From: Cloacimonetes bacterium UBA5284 | GTDB taxonomy: Bacteria > Cloacimonadota > Cloacimonadia > Cloacimonadales > Cloacimonadaceae | Assembly (NCBI GenBank): GCA_002410505.1 | Contig: DHSO01000052.1 | Location: forward strand, 288-64,287 | Length of the DNA: 64,000 nucleotides | Reading direction: 5' to 3' | Shown here: one piece after another, positions 30,564 to 37,274 of the stretch | Position numbering within the stretch: the first letter of the stretch is position 1 | Layout: each line of letters starts with the position of its first letter | Program-made: the position numbers and the translations under genes | The notes under the pieces: model-generated | What the model was told of the DNA's origin: nothing | What the model saw: only the letters and a program-made list of their open reading frames with translations | The model's database searches: none

Positions 30564-31146
30564 GATATTTAGCATTGCCGCCTTCAAAGAAAACTCCATC
30601 TGGAGACAGATCTTGGGGATCTGTTCAGCCCTGGCGGTTACGAACCTGATGATGAACAGCCTGATTATGGGCTTGGGCGTAATCTTTGTATTGGCTCTGG
30701 CAAATTTCACTATCTCCCTGATCCGCAATTGGACGCCCAGGAGCGTGCGTATGATGATCCAGACTCTGATTATTGCGTCCTACGTGATCATAGTGGATGT
30801 GTTTCTGAAGGCAAATATGCCGGAGATCAGCAAACAATTGGGACCTTATGTGGGCTTGATTATCACAAACTGTATCCTCATGGGCAGAGCGGAGGCTTTT
30901 GCTTCACAAAACAGTCCGCTCGATTCCCTGATCGATGGCATCGGCGCCGGCACAGGATACACGCTGGTCTTGCTATTGATCTCCTTTTTCAGGGAACTTT
31001 TTGGCTTTGGCACTATCTTTGGATTCAAGGTACTGGGCTCCTGGTGGACGAACTGGAGCATCATGGTAATGGCACCCAGCGCTTTCTTCCTGCTGGCAAT
31101 ACTCATCTGGATAATCAACACACATTATTATAAGGCAAAAGCATAA
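30550..31146 (+). CDS. nqrD: NqrD/RnfE-family membrane subunit
   Basis: 198 aa, six hydrophobic segments, conserved LGICSALAVT and GLIITNCILMGRAEAF. Confidence 0.88.
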   Translation: MKKTEIFSIAAFKENSIWRQILGICSALAVTNLMMNSLIMGLGVIFVLALANFTISLIRNWTPRSVRMMIQTLIIASYVIIVDVFLKANMPEISKQLGPYVGLIITNCILMGRAEAFASQNSPLDSLIDGIGAGTGYTLVLLLISFFRELFGFGTIFGFKVLGSWWTNWSIMVMAPSAFFLLAILIWIINTHYYKAKA

Positions 31147-31733
31147 TGGATATCAGCGCATTTGTTCTGTTTTGGGCAGCGATCTTTACCAGCAATATAT
31201 TGCTGACAAACTTTCTGGGTATGTGTTCATACCTCTCGGTTTCCCGAGAGCTGGAATCCTCCCTGGGCCTGGGTACCGCAGTAATCTTTGTTCTCACGGT
31301 CACGGCAGCTTTAAACTGGCTGGTCTACAATTACATCCTGGTTCCCTTTGAAATCGTGTATCTGCAATACATAGTCTTCATCATCGTAATCGCCGCCTTT
31401 GTGCAGTTTTTGGAGCTGCTCATAGAACGCTATGCCCCCGCACTTTACTACACTCTGGGTATCTTTTTGCCTCTGATCACAGTAAATTGTGCCATCTTTG
31501 GTGTCAGCCTCTTCATGATTATTCGCAATTACAGCTTCATCCAGTCTGTAGCATTCGCGGCCGGCAGCGGGATCGGTTGGTTACTGGCCATTTTGATGCT
31601 GGCAGGCATCCGCAGAAAACTGAAAGAGAAACTGGTGCCCGTTGGCTTGCGCGGAGCAGGAATCAGCCTCATTATCACCGGTATCATGGCACTTGGTTTT
31701 GTCGGTTTTTCCGGTATAGTGCAGATTCAATAG
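31146..31733 (+). CDS. nqrE: NqrE/RnfA-family membrane subunit
   Basis: 195 aa with conserved NFLGMCSYLSVS and LITVNCAIFGVSLF. 1-nt overlap with nqrD. Confidence 0.88.
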   Translation: MDISAFVLFWAAIFTSNILLTNFLGMCSYLSVSRELESSLGLGTAVIFVLTVTAALNWLVYNYILVPFEIVYLQYIVFIIVIAAFVQFLELLIERYAPALYYTLGIFLPLITVNCAIFGVSLFMIIRNYSFIQSVAFAAGSGIGWLLAILMLAGIRRKLKEKLVPVGLRGAGISLIITGIMALGFVGFSGIVQIQ

Positions 31734-31744
31734 GGAGAGCGCTG

Positions 31745-32848
31745 ATGTTTCAAAGAATTTTAAGTGATATCGCCCTGATGAGTGCGATCGGCGTAGTCCT
31801 GGCAGCTATTATGGTGATCGCCCAGAGGTGGCTCAGCAACTATGGTGAGGTAAATCTAAATATCAACGGCAAGAGAGATCTCACCGTGAAAGGCGGTAAT
31901 TCCCTGTTGGCCACGCTCAGCGACAATCAGATATTTATCCCATCTGCCTGTGGTGGCAGAGGTTCCTGCGGTGCCTGCAAATGTAAGGTAATCGAAGGAG
32001 GAGGCCCTCTGTTACCCACCGAAAAACCGTTGTTAAGCAAAGCAGAACAAGCCGGATCCATCCGTTTGGGCTGCCAGGTAAAAGTGAAAAGCGATATCAA
32101 AATTGAATTACCGGAAGCCATCTTCAACATTCGCAGATTCCACTCTGTAATCGAAGAGATAATAGATTACACCTATGATATCAAAGGCATCACATTCAAA
32201 CTTCAACAGGGCGAAACCATCGATTTCAAGGCCGGCCAGTATGTGCAACTGGAGACAGAGCCTTACGAAAAAGTAAAACAAAAGGTTATGCGTGCCTATT
32301 CGATTTCTTCCAAGCCCCAGATCAACGACCGGATCCAATTGATCATCCGCCTGGTACCGGAAGGAATTTGCAGTACTTGGGTGCACAAATACCTCAAAGT
32401 GGGAGACAAAGTCAATTTCACCGGTCCTTATGGAGATTTCTATCTGCGAGATACCGACGCGGATATCCTCTTTGTGGCCGGTGGCTCCGGAAAAGCCCCA
32501 ATCAAATCTATGCTTGAACACTTGAGGGAAATTGGAACCAACCGCAAAATGACATACTTCTTTGGTGCTCGCACCACAAAGGATCTCTATCTCACAGATG
32601 AGTTCCGGGCTTTTGAAGATGTTTTTGAACAGTTTGAATATGTACCCGTGCTTTCGCATACCCTTCCAGAAGAGAACTGGAATGGAAAGACGGGATTTGT
32701 AATGCCATATTTTAAAGATGCGATTCGCGACCCCAAAAACACCGAAGCATACCTCTGTGGCAGCCCCGGTATGATTAACGCGGTCACCAAATCACTGATT
32801 GAATATGGACTATCTGAAGACAAAATCTACTACGACAGTTTTGGGTGA
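31745..32848 (+). CDS. nqrF: NqrF, NADH-oxidising 2Fe-2S / FAD subunit
   Basis: 367 aa from the ATG at 31745. N-terminal TM helix, plant-type ferredoxin motif CGGRGSCGACKC, FNR-like FAD/NAD domain (RAYSISS, FVAGGSGKAP, YLCGSPGM). The longer ORF start at 31487 overlaps nqrE and is rejected. Confidence 0.9.
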   Translation: MFQRILSDIALMSAIGVVLAAIMVIAQRWLSNYGEVNLNINGKRDLTVKGGNSLLATLSDNQIFIPSACGGRGSCGACKCKVIEGGGPLLPTEKPLLSKAEQAGSIRLGCQVKVKSDIKIELPEAIFNIRRFHSVIEEIIDYTYDIKGITFKLQQGETIDFKAGQYVQLETEPYEKVKQKVMRAYSISSKPQINDRIQLIIRLVPEGICSTWVHKYLKVGDKVNFTGPYGDFYLRDTDADILFVAGGSGKAPIKSMLEHLREIGTNRKMTYFFGARTTKDLYLTDEFRAFEDVFEQFEYVPVLSHTLPEENWNGKTGFVMPYFKDAIRDPKNTEAYLCGSPGMINAVTKSLIEYGLSEDKIYYDSFG

Positions 32849-32852
32849 TGAT

Positions 32853-33305
32853 ATGAAAAGAACTCCGCAAGAATCCAAGATTATGACCAAAATGCAGCCC
32901 GGAGTAATTACTTATGGCGGCTTTTTGGGAACTGACCGAAGAGATTTTACCCAGATAATCGCCGATGATGAATTGACTCTAGAAAAGCTGGGTAAGACTG
33001 CTGAAGAGATCGCAGACAGACTGGAATACTTTCAGCAACAAAGCTTTGATGCCTTCGAAAGCAATACCATTGTAGAAGGCATTTACGAAGTGGAAACTGA
33101 GGTTGTGCGCGGATACCTGCCCTGTCCCTTTATGCATCAGGGAATATATCGCAAGAGCTATACAACCGTAACCAACACCAGAACCGGAAAAAGCTTCTCA
33201 TACTCGGCACTGAATATCCACTTGATCCGAGCACACCATTTCTTTGAAGGCAAGAAATCTCACTTTCGCATGGAACCGGACGAGTTGGTAAAGCAGCTCT
33301 TTTGA
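32853..33305 (+). CDS. hypothetical protein co-transcribed with nqrF
   Basis: 150 aa from the ATG 4 nt after the nqrF stop. No recognised motif. Contains GYLPCPFMHQG and a His-rich LIRAHHFFEGKKSH segment. Confidence 0.5.
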   Translation: MKRTPQESKIMTKMQPGVITYGGFLGTDRRDFTQIIADDELTLEKLGKTAEEIADRLEYFQQQSFDAFESNTIVEGIYEVETEVVRGYLPCPFMHQGIYRKSYTTVTNTRTGKSFSYSALNIHLIRAHHFFEGKKSHFRMEPDELVKQLF

Positions 33306-33391
33306 AAAATAATCATTGACTACATGCGCCCTTCGCCAAACTTGGCTCTCTCGTAAGATATTTATAGAGTAAAGAATATAAGGAGTTCCAC

Positions 33392-33568
33392 ATGGCGAAG
33401 AATAATCGTGGCAAAACCCTCAGAACTATGCCCTATCATGCACGTGGCGAATGCCCGCACTGCCATCGTACCGGCGTAAAGCTGATGTACGAAATAAAAG
33501 CCGGTGACAAGACCATCAAGGTCTGTAAGGTATGCAAAAGCACTCCGGCCGAAAAGCTTGGGGCCTAA
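33392..33568 (+). CDS. small zinc-ribbon protein (58 aa), not in the ORF track
   Basis: Hand-translated: MAKNNRGKTLRTMPYHARGECPHCHRTGVKLMYEIKAGDKTIKVCKVCKSTPAEKLGA. AAGGAG RBS 6 nt upstream. CxxC-N20-CxxC pattern. An intrinsic terminator follows directly. Confidence 0.6.
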   Translation: MAKNNRGKTLRTMPYHARGECPHCHRTGVKLMYEIKAGDKTIKVCKVCKSTPAEKLGA

Positions 33569-33586
33569 GATCTCAATGCAAGGTTT

Positions 33587-33613
33587 GGGAGAGCGCTGCT
33601 CTCCCTTTCTTTT
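33587..33613 (+). terminator. intrinsic terminator
   Basis: GGGAGAG (33587-33593), loop CGCTG, CTCTCCC (33599-33605), then TTTCTTTT. Confidence 0.7.
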
Positions 33614-33627
33614 AGCAGGTTACTATT

Positions 33628-34410
33628 TTGAAAGCAATTAAAGAACTCGGACAGCATTTCCTGAACGATCCCGCCCTGGCAGCGAAGATCGCTGATCTTG
33701 GTGAGATCTCACCCGGAGAAAGGATTTGGGAGATAGGCCCCGGACCCGGAATTCTCACCAACGAGATTCTATCCCGTGGCGCTACTCTGGAGGCTTTTGA
33801 ACTGGATAAACGTATGGCAAGCCTGCTGTATGAACGCTTTGGCGGAAACCTGGAATTGGTCATCACAGACATCCTGAAACTAAACTGGGCCGAACAAATC
33901 GCCACAGGAAGCTCTCCCATCAAGGTTATAGCAAACATCCCTTACCAGATCACTTCCCCCTTGCTTTATATGATACAGGAACATAGCGAGCATTTCCGCC
34001 ACCTGGTGCTGATGGTACAGAAAGAAGTCGCGGAACGTCTCTCTGCCAAACCCGGCAAAAAAGACTACGGCCCCCTCACCATCAAATTGGGCCTGTGTTA
34101 CGAGATCCATACCGCTTTTATGGTAGGACGCGAGTGCTTTGATCCCGTGCCCAAGGTAGATTCCGCGGTAATAACTCTGCGCGCCCGCACAGATAGTCCC
34201 TCCATCACTAATCCCCACTTATTCTATAAAGTGCTCACTGCTGCCTTTGCTCACAGACGCAAGACCTTGCGTAACAATCTTATCCCCCTGCTGGGAAGGG
34301 ATGAGATGCAAAGCCTGGAACAAAAGTCTGACATAGATTTCAACCGTCGTGCGGAGACTCTGGATGAAAAAGAATTCATTCGTCTTAGCGATATTGTTGC
34401 TGAGTTGTAG
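33628..34410 (+). CDS. rsmA: 16S rRNA (adenine1518/1519-N6)-dimethyltransferase RsmA/KsgA
   Basis: 260 aa with LGQHFL, EIGPGPGILT and NIPYQITSP motifs. TTG start. Confidence 0.93.
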   Translation: MKAIKELGQHFLNDPALAAKIADLGEISPGERIWEIGPGPGILTNEILSRGATLEAFELDKRMASLLYERFGGNLELVITDILKLNWAEQIATGSSPIKVIANIPYQITSPLLYMIQEHSEHFRHLVLMVQKEVAERLSAKPGKKDYGPLTIKLGLCYEIHTAFMVGRECFDPVPKVDSAVITLRARTDSPSITNPHLFYKVLTAAFAHRRKTLRNNLIPLLGRDEMQSLEQKSDIDFNRRAETLDEKEFIRLSDIVAEL

Positions 34411-36151
34411 TGCTTTTCTAAGCGGCCAATCTCGCGGGATAGAATTCTATCATTATAACAGCGACAACGTGCGCCTTTTGGAATCCATTCTGCAGTATTC
34501 TGTCAACCCGCTTTCGAATACAAACTTAAATATTTTGGGGCAAAGCTCTTGGGAAGACAGGCTGAATTTCAATCAGGAGACCCGCCGTTCGATGTTGGGC
34601 AGTTCCCTCACATACGGGATGAATCGCCTCAGTCACACATTATTGATGGATTACGAATCCTATTTCGATTCCAGCGATCTGGAGCCCACTGCCTACATCA
34701 ACAAAAACGGCAAGATGGGCTATCAACTGTTTTGGTCTCCGCTGGACAGTCTTGTTTTGAGCTTGCAAGCTCACGGTCTGATCCGCAACGAACAAGACCG
34801 CTATCTGCAAGATAACTATCGTAATAGCAATGGATATCAACTGTCCTCAAACAGCTCCTACCGTTACGAAGGATCTTCTGTATCAGCCGGTATCCGCGGC
34901 TATGTGGATGCCAAAGAGATGAATTGGGAATCCTATCGCACTGTAACTGCTGCTGCAGATTTTAACGCCGAATCCGAGCGTTTCATCTGGGATAGCGGTA
35001 TGGACATCAATCACCGCACGGACGACATATACACCATCAGCCATTACTCGGATGAGGATCGTAGCATATACGAGAAACATGATGAGCAGAAACGACAAGG
35101 CCTTAGTATTTACGGTAGGGCGCAATACATGGCTTCACCAAAGCTAGTGCTCAGTTTTGGAGAAAACTACCGAGAGAAACGAATCCGATTGAAAGAGAAT
35201 ACCATACGCAACAACGGTGAGTTCAACAACGATCTTGACCTGGCTCTGAATTACGAAATCATGCCTCATCTCAATATGGAAATTAGCGCAAACCACAATC
35301 TTGCCATCAAGGATTTCAATATCGACCAAAACACCCGCCACATCGAGAACCGCGTTCTGAGCGCGACAACAGGGTGGGAATACAGCCCTCGGGATTCTCT
35401 GTTTACCGCACTAGGTGTAAGCCTGCAACGCACCAGCTTTCCCTCCAATGAATATTGGGACAACGATCTGCGAACCCAAAGCGCTCGTTTGGGCTGGAAG
35501 CATTACTACCACGATTATCTGCGCCTCTCAAACTGGTTCAACTACTCCATGCGGGACGATATCTATATGAACGCGCTGCTTTCCGCCAATAACCACAGTC
35601 TGGAAAGCTTCAGCTTCATCCCCGAAGCGGAAATCCTGTTTGGAGATAGACTCGCTCTCGTCCAAAGCTATCAAGTCCGCACAGATTATACCAATTATCA
35701 CTATAAAAACGCACGGACAGATAAACTATACCGGCAATTGAGTTGTAGATACAACCTGATCTTCGACAGCTATCCTTACGTAGCTCGCGCCGGAGATGAG
35801 CACTGGATTACCCTCCCCTATCGCGGCAATTCCGGCTCAGCTTTCTTGTGCGATATCGGCTTTTCCTATGAAGAAAACCAATATGGTGAAAAAATGGGAG
35901 AGTTTTACGACATCCGCAGCAAAAACCGCATCTACCTGGCCGAATTGACCATCAAACACGACATCGATACTTTCTACTACAGCCTGGCTCCACGCTACAG
36001 GTGGGGTACCTGGACGGAATACTCAATCACCGCAGGAACCTATTGGTCCTTCAACGACGGAAGCTATCTGGAGCTGAGCCTCAGCCCCATATCTGAAGAT
36101 CTGAAGGAGATTGACTGGCGCAGTTCCATAAACCTCAGCCTTGTATTCTAA
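34364..36151 (+). CDS. putative outer-membrane beta-barrel protein (hypothetical)
   Basis: 595 aa. Signal peptide MKKNSFVLAILLLSCSAFLSGQ, Tyr/Asn/Ser-rich alternating segments and a C-terminal ...NLSLVF ending in Phe, as in many OMPs. Confidence 0.5.
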   Translation: MKKNSFVLAILLLSCSAFLSGQSRGIEFYHYNSDNVRLLESILQYSVNPLSNTNLNILGQSSWEDRLNFNQETRRSMLGSSLTYGMNRLSHTLLMDYESYFDSSDLEPTAYINKNGKMGYQLFWSPLDSLVLSLQAHGLIRNEQDRYLQDNYRNSNGYQLSSNSSYRYEGSSVSAGIRGYVDAKEMNWESYRTVTAAADFNAESERFIWDSGMDINHRTDDIYTISHYSDEDRSIYEKHDEQKRQGLSIYGRAQYMASPKLVLSFGENYREKRIRLKENTIRNNGEFNNDLDLALNYEIMPHLNMEISANHNLAIKDFNIDQNTRHIENRVLSATTGWEYSPRDSLFTALGVSLQRTSFPSNEYWDNDLRTQSARLGWKHYYHDYLRLSNWFNYSMRDDIYMNALLSANNHSLESFSFIPEAEILFGDRLALVQSYQVRTDYTNYHYKNARTDKLYRQLSCRYNLIFDSYPYVARAGDEHWITLPYRGNSGSAFLCDIGFSYEENQYGEKMGEFYDIRSKNRIYLAELTIKHDIDTFYYSLAPRYRWGTWTEYSITAGTYWSFNDGSYLELSLSPISEDLKEIDWRSSINLSLVF

Positions 36152-36605
36152 ACCATAAGGTTTGTTCAGCGTAGATCACCCGACCTCACAGCTCCCATCG
36201 TAGACGGCACTATCACCTACACCGAGTATCCTCAAAATATTCAAAAACACAGAGTTCCCAAAAAGGGTCTCAGGATGTCCCCCGATGCCCCATTCTACAA
36301 TTCTCGGGGATTCATTAGCTGATTAATATGCTTCATAGCTGATCCTGCAATATTCAATATTCATTCACTATGCATTATACATTTCCAAACAGTCAAAATC
36401 CCTCAAAATCCGTCATAATCAGAAAAACCAAAGAAATCCCCGGATTTCTCTATAAATTGTCGCCCAAAACTGTAAATGGGCGTCGGCGTGACAAATGGGG
36501 ATAAAACATTGATTGGTGAGGGCTTATGACGGACTGGTTTTTGAGACTGTGTTACAGCGAGCGAGTTTGTGGAAACCGAGATTGAAATCGATGGCATGGC
36601 AGTGG

Positions 36606-36631
36606 TCAGTGTCCTGATCAGTGTCCTGATC
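36606..36631. repeat. short tandem repeat (12-mer x 2.2)
   Basis: TCAGTGTCCTGA at 36606-36617 and again at 36618-36629, followed by TC. Confidence 0.9.
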
Positions 36632-36779
36632 TATGCGTATGCGCCTGTAGATGAGGCGGGAGCTTCTGATGAGCTTCTATAATGTTAGCTCCTCCGAACT
36701 AAAATAACGAACTAAAATCAGGAAAAGACCAAAACTTTCTCAGTTTTCACCCTGTCTTTGTGGCGTTCATCAGCTCTTT

Positions 36780-36828
36780 ATCAAGCGTTCATCAAGCGTT
36801 AATTATTAACGCTTGATGAACGCTTGAT
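36780..36828. repeat. perfect 49-bp palindrome (24-nt arms, 1-nt centre) built from iterated ATCAAGCGTTC units
   Basis: Left arm ATCAAGCGTTCATCAAGCGTTAAT (36780-36803), centre T (36804), right arm ATTAACGCTTGATGAACGCTTGAT (36805-36828). Degenerate extra copies flank it (GCGTTCATCAG at 36763-36773, CTTGATTAAC at 36834-36843). Confidence 0.95.
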
Positions 36829-37274
36829 GACCACTTGATTAACACTGTCTACAGAGCTGACAGTTAGCCGGGCAAAATGGTCATTTTTTCAGCCAAATTT
36901 TTAAGCCAGGATGTTGATTCAGAATTCATATTTTTGTGTTGAGTTTAATTGATTGCCAAAGTCAGGATCGCCCCGTCAGGCATCCCGGGAAGACGCGATA
37001 GCTGCCAAATCATGCAGGGCCAATCACAACCGAGGGGGAGAAGGTATGCTTGAAATATCTTTATGATTGACAAAAAATCAGTATTGAATTGAGCTGCACA
37101 CGCCAGGTACAGCCAATGTCTGAATGTGAATCATGTCAGGTCGGGAACGAAGCAGCATTAAGCAATCTCAGATGTGTGCGCTGCCACCTGGCTTTTTTTT
37201 GCTGTTCGGCTGTGAAATTGCTTTATATAGTTAAGATTATCTTCCAGATCGAAGGTAGACAAAAGGATCGTTAC

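Noticed and set aside
31487-31744. Longer start for nqrF (453-aa ORF)
   Set aside because: The extension overlaps nqrE in another frame and translates to Arg/His-rich nonsense. The NqrF TM helix begins at the ATG at 31745.
36403-36597. 64-aa minus-strand ORF in the 1.1-kb intergenic region
   Set aside because: There is no RBS, the composition is Ser/Pro/Thr-rich with no motif, and it is barely above the track cut-off.
36606-36631. Tandem 12-mers considered as a mini CRISPR or satellite array
   Set aside because: There are only about 2.2 contiguous copies with no spacers. No cas genes or longer arrays occur anywhere in the window.
37089-37274. Cys-rich 62-aa N-terminal extension of the M14 carboxypeptidase ORF (CESC...CVRC)
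   Set aside because: A canonical signal peptide begins at the internal ATG at 37275. The extension overlaps a stem plus T8 run and has no RBS. It was kept only as part of the intergenic-region finding.
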